Below are positions 1 through 8,411 of a stretch of DNA of 32,000 bases, in pieces. A program made the position numbers and the translations under genes. Where the stretch lies: positions 31,152-63,151 of the forward strand of contig CAWDFT010000011.1 of the NCBI GenBank assembly GCA_963801575.1, given 5' to 3'. Under the pieces are notes generated by a model. That model worked only from the letters and a program-made list of their open reading frames with translations. It did no database searches and was not told the DNA's origin. Position 1 is the first letter of the stretch, and each line of letters starts with the position of its first letter. The stretch comes from an uncultured Actinomycetota bacterium. GTDB taxonomy: Bacteria > Actinomycetota > Actinomycetes > Mycobacteriales > Mycobacteriaceae.

Positions 1-14
1 TCTCCGGGGTCATC

Positions 15-332
15 TCAGCCACCGGAGGCTTTCGACACGGCGTGGGGCGCGACGGGTGCAATGGGTGCGCCGACGGCTGGCGCTGGCGCGGGAACCGGGG
101 CCGGGACGGCCGCGGCAGGTGCTGGCCCGACGGGCTGGATGGTGGTGGCCTGCAGGCCGCTCCTGCTGCCGGTGTCGGTGCTGGGTGTGACCGCCGGCTG
201 GTGTGCGGTCGCGCTCAGTACGTCGACAATCCCCAGCAGCGCGCCGGCCGACAGCGCGGAGGCCGCGAGCTTGGACCATCGCGCCGGCGACCGTCGCGGA
301 GTGCGGGAGTCAGTCGTCGCGCTCATGCTCAC
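15..332 (-). CDS. Small Pro/Ala-rich protein with one hydrophobic segment, probable membrane-anchored or secreted hypothetical
   Basis: ORF of 105 aa with a basic N-terminus, hydrophobic stretch (AASALSAGALLGIVDVL) and Pro/Ala-rich tail. It overlaps the end of the upstream minus-strand gene by about 23 bp. Confidence 0.55.
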   Translation of the reverse strand: MSMSATTDSRTPRRSPARWSKLAASALSAGALLGIVDVLSATAHQPAVTPSTDTGSRSGLQATTIQPVGPAPAAAVPAPVPAPAPAVGAPIAPVAPHAVSKASGG

Positions 333-618
333 CCTCCTGCGGTGTCGGGTGCTCGCCCGCGCTGTGCTCGTCGTCGCCTCGCGGCGACACGCCGGGGTGC
401 GGGGCTGTCGTGCTCAGCGTCGGCACAGCCGATGGCGGTGCCGGCGGCGGCGCCGGCTGAGGAGCGGGCTGTCCAGCCCCGGGGATCAACACCTCGTTGG
501 CCCGCCCGATGTCGGGTTGGGGCGAGGTGTTCAGAATCCGGGTGTTGACCGCTAGTGCGGCCCCTCCGATGGCCAGGACGAAAAGCAATGAAACAATCAC
601 CGCCACTTTCGATCTCAT
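310..618 (-). CDS. Small secreted or membrane-anchored Pro-rich protein (MRSKVAVIVSLLFVLAIGGAALAV...)
   Basis: 102 aa from the internal ATG at 618, with a clear N-terminal hydrophobic signal/anchor. It is divergent from the response regulator. The longer ORF to 957 runs into the regulator gene and its promoter. Confidence 0.6.
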   Translation of the reverse strand: MRSKVAVIVSLLFVLAIGGAALAVNTRILNTSPQPDIGRANEVLIPGAGQPAPQPAPPPAPPSAVPTLSTTAPHPGVSPRGDDEHSAGEHPTPQEGEHERDD

Positions 619-661
619 GACTTCACGGTAGATTCCGGCCGGTCGAGAATGGTCGCAGCGA

Positions 662-706
662 AATCCAAGAATCGTCCAAGATCGCGCGAGATCTCGTGGA
701 AGACCC
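662..706. promoter_or_regulatory. Candidate response-regulator binding region: TCCAAG direct repeats in 11-bp phase
   Basis: TCCAAG at 664-669 and 675-680, with TGGAAG at 697-702 in the same 11-bp phase. The 45-bp block is 36/45 identical to 4503-4547. Confidence 0.55.
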
Positions 707-713
707 GCTCGAG

Positions 714-1433
714 ATGCCTCGACCCGGACCGCCACAAGCTGATAATGCGGACGTGCAGGTGCTCGTGGTCGAAGACGACGAATCGGTGGCTGCCGGGCTG
801 TGCGACGGCCTGGGCAGGGCCGGCTTCGAGGCGCGCCGCGTGGCGACCGGTGCCGAGGCCGTGGCGAATGTGTCGGCGTCCGGGCCGGATTTCGTGCTGC
901 TGGATCTGGGGTTGCCCGACATGGACGGCACTGACGTCTGCCGCGCCATCCGGGCACGCTCGCAGGTACCGATCATCGTGGTCAGCGCCCGCGGCGAGGA
1001 GATCGACCGGGTTGTAGCGCTGGAGATGGGCGCCGACGACTATGTGGTCAAACCGTTCGGCATGCATGAGCTCGTGGCGCGCATCCGCGCCGTGGCCCGG
1101 CGTACCGTCGCGCCCGATGGTCACCCCGACCAGGCCGCCACCACCCGCTCGATCGGTGCGCTGACCATCGACCGCCGCACACAGCGTGTGCATCTCGGCG
1201 GGCGGGAGGTGCACCTGACGCCGAAGGAATTCGACCTGCTCTACTACCTCACCGAGGATCCCGGCGCGGTCTACCGGCGATCGGAGATCCTGCATCAGGT
1301 GTGGGGCGCCAACTGGTACGGCACCGCCAAAACCGTCGACGCGCACGTGGCCGCCATCCGCAAAAAGCTCGGCGACCCGCGGTGGATCGAGGCGGTTCGC
1401 GGGGTGGGCTTCCGCATCGGGATTCTGTCGTGA
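714..1433 (+). CDS. OmpR/PhoB-family two-component response regulator
   Basis: Receiver domain (VLVVEDDESVAAGL, DFVLLDLGLPDMDG, DDYVVKPF) and winged-helix domain (LTPKEFDLLYYL, TVDAHVAAIRKKLGD...RGVGFRIG). The ORF opens at GTG 696; ATG 714 is preferred because 696 lies in the candidate operator. Confidence 0.93.
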   Translation: MPRPGPPQADNADVQVLVVEDDESVAAGLCDGLGRAGFEARRVATGAEAVANVSASGPDFVLLDLGLPDMDGTDVCRAIRARSQVPIIVVSARGEEIDRVVALEMGADDYVVKPFGMHELVARIRAVARRTVAPDGHPDQAATTRSIGALTIDRRTQRVHLGGREVHLTPKEFDLLYYLTEDPGAVYRRSEILHQVWGANWYGTAKTVDAHVAAIRKKLGDPRWIEAVRGVGFRIGILS

Positions 1434-2836
1434 AGTGGAGGTTGGTGGCGGCGTTCATGGCGGTCACGTGCCTCGTTGTGGTGGTCCAGGACGTCCCGCT
1501 GGGCAACTACCTGCAGCGGGTCGAACGCGACCGCATCGTGACCGCGTTGGAACGCGATGCCTTTCTGCTCGCCGGTCGCAGCGAGGACACACTCGAAGCG
1601 GCGTCACCGGATCCGCGCGTCGTGGTCGATGTACACCGCTACCGGCAGGCCAGCGGAGCGCGGGTGGTCATCGTCAACGCGGCCGGCGATGCCGTCGTGA
1701 CCTCGGACGACGATCAGTCCGCGACCGGCGGCTCGTACCGGTCGCGCCCTGAGATCGCCACGGCATTGTCGGGCGACATCGCCGCGGGACAACGTCATTC
1801 GGTCAGCCTGGGCACCGACCTGTTCTACGTTGCGGTGCCGATCGTCAGCGGTGACCGGGTCCTCGGGGCGGTGCGGCTGACCTATCCGACGCAGGTGGTC
1901 ACCGATAAGGTGCGCGGGCAACTGCGCATTCTCTGGCTGGTCGCCGGCATCACCGTCGCGTTGGCCGGGGCGGTGGCTTTCCTGATGGCAACCACCGTCA
2001 CGCGTCGCCTGCAGCAGCTGCGGCGCACCACCGAACTGCTTGCCGACGGACGGCTCGACGCGCGAACCCCAGAGCAGGGCGGGGCACCGGAGATCCGCAG
2101 CCTCGCACGGTCGGTTAACCAAATGGCTGATCGGCTCGAAGATCAGCTACGCCAGCAGCGCGCATTCGCCGGCGACGCCTCCCACCAGCTGCGCACACCG
2201 TTGACGGCGCTGCGCGTGCGACTCGACAACGCCGCCGACCTCGTCGACGCTGACCCTGACGCCGCGCGGGAGACCGTTGCCGCCGCCCAGGACGAGGCAT
2301 TGCGTCTACAGCAGATCGTCGATGGGCTGCTGGCGCTCAGCCGGGCCGACGACGCTGCGATCTCGCCGCAGGAGATCGACCTGGCCGAGGTGGCCCGCGC
2401 GCGGGTCGAACAGTGGCAGCCCCTCGCCGAGGAATCCGGGGTGCACATCGCCGTCACCGCGCCAGACATGGCACCAGCGTTGGCCGTGCCCGGGGCCGCC
2501 GAGCAGATCATCGACAATCTCATCGACAACGCACTGGCGGTGTCCCCGGCCGACACCACCATCGGCGTGACCGTGACGCCCGCCTCCGACACCGTGGACC
2601 TCCACGTCCTCGATGAGGGCCCCGGGATGTCATCGCAGGACTGCGCACGAGCCTTCGACCGGTTCTGGCGCGGACGCACCGACACCGTTGGCAGTGGGTT
2701 GGGCCTGGCCATCGTCGCTCAGCTCGCCCGCGCGAGCGGAGCAGCCGCAGAGTTGACACCACGCACGTCGGACAGCATCGGTACCGGCGGACTCGATGCG
2801 CACATCCGGTTTGCTCGCAGCCGTACCCGTCACTAG
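1430..2836 (+). CDS. Membrane sensor histidine kinase
   Basis: The GTG start overlaps the regulator stop (GTGA). N-terminal TM, extracytoplasmic region, TM2, HAMP, H-box (GDASHQLRTPLTALRVRL), N-box (IIDNLIDNALAVSP) and G-box (DEGPGM, GSGLGLAIV). Confidence 0.95.
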   Translation: MKWRLVAAFMAVTCLVVVVQDVPLGNYLQRVERDRIVTALERDAFLLAGRSEDTLEAASPDPRVVVDVHRYRQASGARVVIVNAAGDAVVTSDDDQSATGGSYRSRPEIATALSGDIAAGQRHSVSLGTDLFYVAVPIVSGDRVLGAVRLTYPTQVVTDKVRGQLRILWLVAGITVALAGAVAFLMATTVTRRLQQLRRTTELLADGRLDARTPEQGGAPEIRSLARSVNQMADRLEDQLRQQRAFAGDASHQLRTPLTALRVRLDNAADLVDADPDAARETVAAAQDEALRLQQIVDGLLALSRADDAAISPQEIDLAEVARARVEQWQPLAEESGVHIAVTAPDMAPALAVPGAAEQIIDNLIDNALAVSPADTTIGVTVTPASDTVDLHVLDEGPGMSSQDCARAFDRFWRGRTDTVGSGLGLAIVAQLARASGAAAELTPRTSDSIGTGGLDAHIRFARSRTRH

Positions 2837-2854
2837 CGCAACGTGACTCTGCGC

Positions 2855-3796
2855 TCAGGTCGTCGTCCGCGCCTTCTCGAACGCCTGCTGATGCGCCTTC
2901 TCGTCGCCCGCGATCTCCCGGAACAGGTTGGCGGCCTGCGGGTTTCCGGCCTGATCGGCCTGCCGGGAGTAGTCGGGGTACATCACGTCGGCCTCGTGCT
3001 GCTCACCATTGATCGCGTCGGTGAGGTTCGCGTTGGTGTCGGGGGACACCAGGCCGGCCAGCGTCGCCAGCGCGGCGAAGTGCTCGTTCAACTCGACGTT
3101 GGCGGAGTTGGTGAACAGCTGCGCGACGGCGAGGTTGCCGCTGCGGCGGGCCTGATCGGCGTATCGCATGTACTTGGCGTAGGCGAACGCCTCACCCTGC
3201 ATCGCCGTGTGCAGATTCGCCAGTGTCGTGCCCGATGACCGCGGGGGGCCGGCCGTAATCGCCAGCGGAGCGGCCGCCGCGCCCGCCGCGACCGCGCCGG
3301 CAGGGCTGGGGCTGGTGATCGTGGTCAGCGCGGTCGTGAAGTCCTTGGCATGGGTGGCCTCATCGTTGCCGATCTCGGTGAACAACGCTGCCGCGGCCGG
3401 GTCGTTGTCGGCCGTGGCCTGCTTGGCGAATCCCGGATACATCGTGTCGGCTTCGGTGGTCTCGCCGCTGATGGCGTCACGCAGGTTGGCGGCGGTATCA
3501 CCGCCAAAGCCGATCAGATCGGCTTCGCGGGCGAAATGATCCGATAGCTCGGTCTGGGCGGCGTCGGTGAACGCTTGCGCCGCTTGGGGCCGCCGCGCCT
3601 GCTGAGCCTGAGTGGCATAGGCCAGGTATTTCGCATGGGCGAGCGCTTCACCATGCATCGCCGACAACGCGTTGGAACGCGTGGAATCGGCAAGCGGCGA
3701 ACTGGCCGACGGCGCGGTCTGACTCCCGCACGCGGCGATCGTGACGATCAACGTCGCCGCGCACACCGCTTTCAACGACACGTTTGCATAACGCAT
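2855..3796 (-). CDS. Secreted lipoprotein with two tandem ferritin-like (rubrerythrin-type) domains
   Basis: Lipobox-like IAACGS at the N-terminus. Two homologous halves: MHGEALAHAKYLAYATQA...EIGNDEATHAKDF and MQGEAFAYAKYMRYADQA...EIAGDEKAHQQAF. Confidence 0.85.
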   Translation of the reverse strand: MRYANVSLKAVCAATLIVTIAACGSQTAPSASSPLADSTRSNALSAMHGEALAHAKYLAYATQAQQARRPQAAQAFTDAAQTELSDHFAREADLIGFGGDTAANLRDAISGETTEADTMYPGFAKQATADNDPAAAALFTEIGNDEATHAKDFTTALTTITSPSPAGAVAAGAAAAPLAITAGPPRSSGTTLANLHTAMQGEAFAYAKYMRYADQARRSGNLAVAQLFTNSANVELNEHFAALATLAGLVSPDTNANLTDAINGEQHEADVMYPDYSRQADQAGNPQAANLFREIAGDEKAHQQAFEKARTTT

Positions 3797-3854
3797 GACA
3801 ACACTCCTGAAATAGATGCGATCTCAACTGATTTCGAAAACACGGACCTTGCGG

Positions 3855-4406
3855 TCAGTGATCGTCTTCCTCGGCGGGGCTAACCGGGGCGGGCGCGGGC
3901 GTCGATACGCCAGGGGTGGACCAGGTTGCCTGCGCGCCGCTGTGACCGATGCGGACGGTCTGCACGAGGGTGCCCGCCGCCACCGCAACCGCCACTACCA
4001 TCAGCCCGATTGTCAGAATCCGGCCGCTGACGGTGAGACGTCGCGCTGCCGCTTGGCTGCCGGGACCAATCGATACCGGTGGGAGTAGCCACCGGTCGGC
4101 GGCAAGAACAGCCACGATCACGATCAACAGCCCGACAACCCAGGGCAGCAATGTCTCGCCCATCTCGGCATGCCGCTCGACCGCTGCGGTCTCGGTCACC
4201 CGCTCCTCAAGCGGCTTGCCGGACCACTCCATCAACGGCACCAACGCAGCCGACAACGCGCACAGCACCAGTGTGGTGGACTTGACAAGTTGTGGAACCC
4301 GGGGGAAGAGCGCGACGACGCCGACGAGCAGCGCGGCCACCGGAATCGCAACCACCGTCAGGTGAGCAAACAGGGGATGGGCCGGTAGGCCAAGCAGCTG
4401 ATTCAC
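3855..4406 (-). CDS. DUF2231-family multi-pass membrane protein
   Basis: LPAHPLFAHLTVVAIPVAALLVG start and several hydrophobic segments. It is close upstream of the ferritin-like lipoprotein gene on the same strand. Confidence 0.75.
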   Translation of the reverse strand: MNQLLGLPAHPLFAHLTVVAIPVAALLVGVVALFPRVPQLVKSTTLVLCALSAALVPLMEWSGKPLEERVTETAAVERHAEMGETLLPWVVGLLIVIVAVLAADRWLLPPVSIGPGSQAAARRLTVSGRILTIGLMVVAVAVAAGTLVQTVRIGHSGAQATWSTPGVSTPAPAPVSPAEEDDH

Positions 4407-4502
4407 CGCCCCGTCTGCTTCGTCGATGCCGACAACGCCTCGGCCACTGTCGATCTCATGACTTCACCCTAGATGCGAGCCGGTCAACGAAGATCCCGAA
4501 AG

Positions 4503-4547
4503 AATCCAAGGATTGTCCAAGATCTCGCCAGAGCCCATCCAAGACCC
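4503..4547. promoter_or_regulatory. Second copy of the TCCAAG-repeat candidate operator
   Basis: TCCAAG at 4505, 4516 and 4538 (11 and 22 bp apart), aligned without gaps to 662-706 and located upstream of the DUF2231/ferritin-like operon. Confidence 0.55.
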
Positions 4548-4868
4548 CCGTTTAGCGTGTGATCCTCGACACGGTCGAATCTGCTGAGCCGAATGTTGAA
4601 GAGCCAGCACAGTACTCGCTTGCCGACCGACTCCGCAGCGCAGAAATGGTCAATCCCTAACCACGCGAAGCGCGCACCGCACTCCGCCAGAATCGCCTGT
4701 TATTTCTCGTGTTACGCCCGTTGCGGGGAGTTCCGTTCGTGGTTGAGCTCGGAAGGTGACATGGTCAGGTGCGCGTCGTCTCCTGCACCACCGCTCGAAT
4801 ACCGGCCTGCGACAAAGCCTCTCGCCGACCATGCAGCGATAGCCTGGAGTCCGGCCGCAACGCTTGCA

Positions 4869-5585
4869 TCAAATGCCGGAAATATGGACGACTTGCCCGA
4901 CAAGGGCGGTAACCAGCATGGCCAGACCGCCACCCAAGACCACGCGCAGGGCGGGTCGGGCTAGCGCGGTGCCCGCGATCCAAGCCCCGAGGATCCCGGC
5001 AACGGCGAGGCCGAGCAGGGTGACAGCCACGATCAGCCACAGCTTCGCCGTCGGTGTGGGTGCGAGCAATCCAAGCAACGGCAGCAGGCCTCCGATGAGG
5101 AAACTGGCCGCCGAGGCCGCTGCCGCCTGTAGGGGGCGGGCAGCGGTGAGCTGGGAGTGCCCGAGTTCATCGCGCAGGTGAGCGGCCAGCGGGTCGGCGT
5201 CATGAAGGGCCTGCGCGACCTGATTTGCGAGGTCATCGGGTAGGCCGCGGTCGCGGTAGATGCCGGCGAGTTCGGCGAGTTCGGCGTGTGGGTTGGCCGC
5301 CAGTTCGCGTTGTTCTTTGGCGCGGTCGCCGCGTTCCACGTCGACCTGGGAGCTGACGGAGACGTACTCGCCGGCGGCCATGGCCATCGATCCTGCGGCC
5401 AGTCCGGCGATACCTGCGGTCAGCACCGTGGCTGCGGCCGCGCCGCTAGCGGCAACGCCGACCATCAGGCTGGCTGTGGAGACCAGGCCGTCGTTGGCGC
5501 CGAGCACCGCGGCGCGCAACCAGCCGGCATGTTCGCCGCGGTGGGCTTCGGCGTGGGGGTTGACCATCTCGAAAAAGCTCACCAT
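4869..5585 (-). CDS. VIT1/CCC1-family (Fe2+/Mn2+) transporter
   Basis: RAAVLGANDGLVSTASLMVGVAA, AGLAAGSMAMAAGEYVSVSSQ, cytoplasmic helical region with HDADPLAAHLRDELG, and C-terminal TMs. Confidence 0.9.
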   Translation of the reverse strand: MVSFFEMVNPHAEAHRGEHAGWLRAAVLGANDGLVSTASLMVGVAASGAAAATVLTAGIAGLAAGSMAMAAGEYVSVSSQVDVERGDRAKEQRELAANPHAELAELAGIYRDRGLPDDLANQVAQALHDADPLAAHLRDELGHSQLTAARPLQAAAASAASFLIGGLLPLLGLLAPTPTAKLWLIVAVTLLGLAVAGILGAWIAGTALARPALRVVLGGGLAMLVTALVGQVVHISGI

Positions 5586-5647
5586 TCACCTCGATCGGCG
5601 TTGTTGACATGCAGGACAAGGGTGCCGACCGGTACCCATGCGGGCTA

Positions 5648-5732
5648 GGGCCTAATGTCCTCGCGGTGGGGGACCTGCGGCCCGCCGAGGCGCTCGGGCC
5701 CTACGGCCCGTGATGGCGGGGTATTGCGGCCC
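5648..5732. promoter_or_regulatory. Cluster of DosR/DevR-box-like sequences in the divergent intergenic region
   Basis: Minus strand: GAGGACATTAGGCCC (5648-5662). Plus strand: GGGACCTGCGGCCC (5670-5683), GGGCCCTACGGCCC (5696-5709), GGGTATTGCGGCCC (5719-5732). Confidence 0.45.
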
Positions 5733-5798
5733 TAGCTTCTCCTGGCCGCCGACTGATCGACTCGATCGAGGCAAATATCTGTGGGCTGGGAGGAATCA

Positions 5799-8189
5799 GT
5801 GGCAAGCGGCGGTACGGATTCGGCGACCGTCCGGTGGCTTTCGCGGCGGCGCCCGCTGATCGAACCGGCCCTGGTGGTTCTCACGGTGGGGGCGTTTGCC
5901 GGCGGCGGGATCGCGTGGCTGGCCGGTTGGCGCGATGTAGCCGACGGATGCTGGATCGTCGGCACGCTGCTTGCGGTGGTGCCGGCGTTGGTGTGGGTGC
6001 TGGTGGCGTTGCGCCGGGGACGGCTCGGCGTGGACGTCATCGCGGTGCTTTCGCTGGTGGGCACCCTGCTCGTTCACGAGTATCTGGCCGGGGCGTTGAT
6101 CGCGGTGATGCTGGCCGGCGGCCGTGCGCTCGACGCGGCGGCCGCGCGCCGCGCCTCCCACGATCTGCGGGCCCTGCTGGAGCGGGCACCACGGTTCGCG
6201 CGGCGACGCGTCGGCGCGCAGGTCAGCGTGATCCCGCTGGCTGAGGTGGCCGTCGATGATCTGCTGGTCGTGGGCCCGGGCGAGGTGGTGCCGGTGGACG
6301 GGCGGGTCGTCGACGTGGTGGCGGTGCTGGATGAGTCGGTGCTGACCGGTGAGCCGCTGCAGGTCGAACGCGGTGTCGGTGAACCGGTCCGCAGCGGTGT
6401 GGTTAACGCCGGCACCGCGTTTGAGCTGCGCGCCACCGCAACAGCCGAAGACAGCACCTACGCCGGCCTCGTGCGGCTGGCCCAACAGGCCGGCGCGGAG
6501 AACGCGCCGATCGTGCGGTTGGCCGACCGCTATGCGGCGTGGTTTTTGCCGCTGGCGCTGCTGCTTGCCGGTGGGGCCTGGCTGGCGAGCGGGTCCGCGG
6601 TGCGCGCCGTCGCGGTGTTGGTGGTGGCGACGCCGTGTCCGTTGCTGCTGGCGGCGCCGGTGGCGATCGTGTCCGGTTTGTCGCGGGCTTCCCGTGCCGG
6701 GGTGATCATCCGAAGCGGCGGCGCGTTGGAAAACCTTGGGCATGCAACGACTTTGGTGATGGACAAGACCGGCACCCTGACCATGGGACGCCCGGCGGTC
6801 GTCGACGTGGTCGCCGCACCCGGCGGCGATACAACCGAGTTGCTGCGGCTGGCCGCGTCGGTGGATCAGCTCTCCCCGCACGTGCTGGCCGAGGCCATCG
6901 TCACCGAAGCGCTCACCCGGGCTCTGCTGTTGTCACTGCCCACCGATGTCATCGAAGAGCCTGGCCGCGGCGTCACCGCCACCATCGGCGGGCGCCGGGT
7001 TACCGTCGGAAAACTGCCCGCCGACACGGTGACCAGCGCGTGGGCGCGCGGGGTGGTCAGCCGGGCACGCCTGGACAGCGCAGCGATCGCGTGGGTGTGC
7101 GTCGAGGGCGAGCCAGCCGGTGCGGTGCTGTTGCGGGACCCGTTGCGCCGCCACGCACCTCGCACCGTGCGCCGGTTGCGCGAGGCCGGCCTGAACCGAC
7201 TGGTCATGCTGACCGGCGACCGCGCCGAACCGGCCCGCGAGGTCGCGACCGTCCTGGGACTCGATGAGGTGTACGCCGAACAGACCCCGGCCGACAAGGT
7301 CGCCGCGGTGCGCGCCGAACGGGAACGCGCGGTGACGGTCATGGTGGGCGACGGGATCAACGATGCCCCCGCACTGGCGGCCGCAACGGTGGGTGTGGCG
7401 ATGGGCGCGCGGGGCGCCACCGCATCCTCGGAGGCCGCCGACATCGTGTTGACCACCGATCGCGTCGACCGGCTCGCCGATGCGATGGATATCGCCCGCT
7501 GGTCGCGGCGCATCGCCGTGCAGAGTGCCGTGGTGGGCATGAGCCTGTCGCTTCTGGCGATGGCCATCGCCGCGCTGGGCTGGTTGCCGCCCGCGGCGGG
7601 TGCGCTGCTGCAAGAGGGCATCGATGTCGCGGTGATCCTCAATGCGCTGCGCGCCCTTCGCGGTAACCCGGCCACCGAGGTGGCGTTGTCCGCCGACACC
7701 GAGCAGATGCTGCGCCGCTTCGCCGCCGAACACGACGAACTGCGCGACACCCTCGGGCTGCTGCGTGACAGCGCCGATCGCTTGGCCGCGGCCCCCGATG
7801 CTGCGGCACTGGAATCGCTGATCACCGCGCACGGCTTGCTCACCGACCGGATCCTGCCCCACGAACGTGCCGAGGAAACCCAGCTTTATCCGGCGTTGGC
7901 GCGCCCGCTGGGCAGCGGCGAGGCCACCGCCACCATGAGCCGCACCCACGCTGAGATCCAGCGGCTCGCCGATCGCATCGGCGCGCATCTGGGTCTGGCC
8001 CAATCATCCGGCGCGATCCAGCCCGACCAGGTCGACGACCTGCTGGCATGCCTGTACGGCCTGTACACGCTGCTGCGGCTGCACTTCGTACAGGAAGAAG
8101 AGAACTACTTCACCCTCGCCGAGGACGACACCGGCCCAGCCGAAACACGCCGGCCTCCAAGGCAACCCGACACCGCGCCAACCGGCTAA
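5799..8189 (+). CDS. P1B-type heavy-metal ATPase with C-terminal hemerythrin-like domain
   Basis: LDESVLTGEP, VVATPCPLLLAAPVA, DKTGTLT, MLTGDR, MVGDGINDAPALAAA. The C-terminus has HDELRDTLGLL...LPHERAEETQLYPAL...HAEIQRL...LHFVQEEENYF. The GTG start at 5799 is preceded by GGAGG; the ORF opens at 5781. Confidence 0.93.
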   Translation: MASGGTDSATVRWLSRRRPLIEPALVVLTVGAFAGGGIAWLAGWRDVADGCWIVGTLLAVVPALVWVLVALRRGRLGVDVIAVLSLVGTLLVHEYLAGALIAVMLAGGRALDAAAARRASHDLRALLERAPRFARRRVGAQVSVIPLAEVAVDDLLVVGPGEVVPVDGRVVDVVAVLDESVLTGEPLQVERGVGEPVRSGVVNAGTAFELRATATAEDSTYAGLVRLAQQAGAENAPIVRLADRYAAWFLPLALLLAGGAWLASGSAVRAVAVLVVATPCPLLLAAPVAIVSGLSRASRAGVIIRSGGALENLGHATTLVMDKTGTLTMGRPAVVDVVAAPGGDTTELLRLAASVDQLSPHVLAEAIVTEALTRALLLSLPTDVIEEPGRGVTATIGGRRVTVGKLPADTVTSAWARGVVSRARLDSAAIAWVCVEGEPAGAVLLRDPLRRHAPRTVRRLREAGLNRLVMLTGDRAEPAREVATVLGLDEVYAEQTPADKVAAVRAERERAVTVMVGDGINDAPALAAATVGVAMGARGATASSEAADIVLTTDRVDRLADAMDIARWSRRIAVQSAVVGMSLSLLAMAIAALGWLPPAAGALLQEGIDVAVILNALRALRGNPATEVALSADTEQMLRRFAAEHDELRDTLGLLRDSADRLAAAPDAAALESLITAHGLLTDRILPHERAEETQLYPALARPLGSGEATATMSRTHAEIQRLADRIGAHLGLAQSSGAIQPDQVDDLLACLYGLYTLLRLHFVQEEENYFTLAEDDTGPAETRRPPRQPDTAPTG

Positions 8190-8333
8190 CGCATCGACAA
8201 CGGTCCCGCCGGCGAGGTCCGTGGCGCAGATTCGCACACGAGTTGTCGACCGAAATCGGTTCACCGGCGGTGAGGTTAGCCATCCTTGAAGCACAAAGTC
8301 GATTGCGTTGGTGACCAACGTCGCCTGGATCGC

Positions 8334-8346
8334 GGACCTCGCGCCC
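8334..8346. promoter_or_regulatory. Weak DosR-box-like sequence upstream of the PaaK-like gene
   Basis: GGACCTCGCGCCC, matching GGACCTnnnGCCC. Confidence 0.25.
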
Positions 8347-8411
8347 TCGATTCATCCAGGACGTGCGCCGACGATCGCGATGTGGCGTGGTGTAACAGGA
8401 GGGGATGACGC

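Noticed and set aside
310-957. Full-length 215-aa ORF on the minus strand
   Set aside because: Its N-terminal half is antisense to the response regulator and its promoter. A signal-peptide-like start exists at 618.
6933-8003. Antisense 356-aa ORF over the P-type ATPase gene
   Set aside because: High-GC shadow ORF; the plus strand carries all conserved ATPase motifs.
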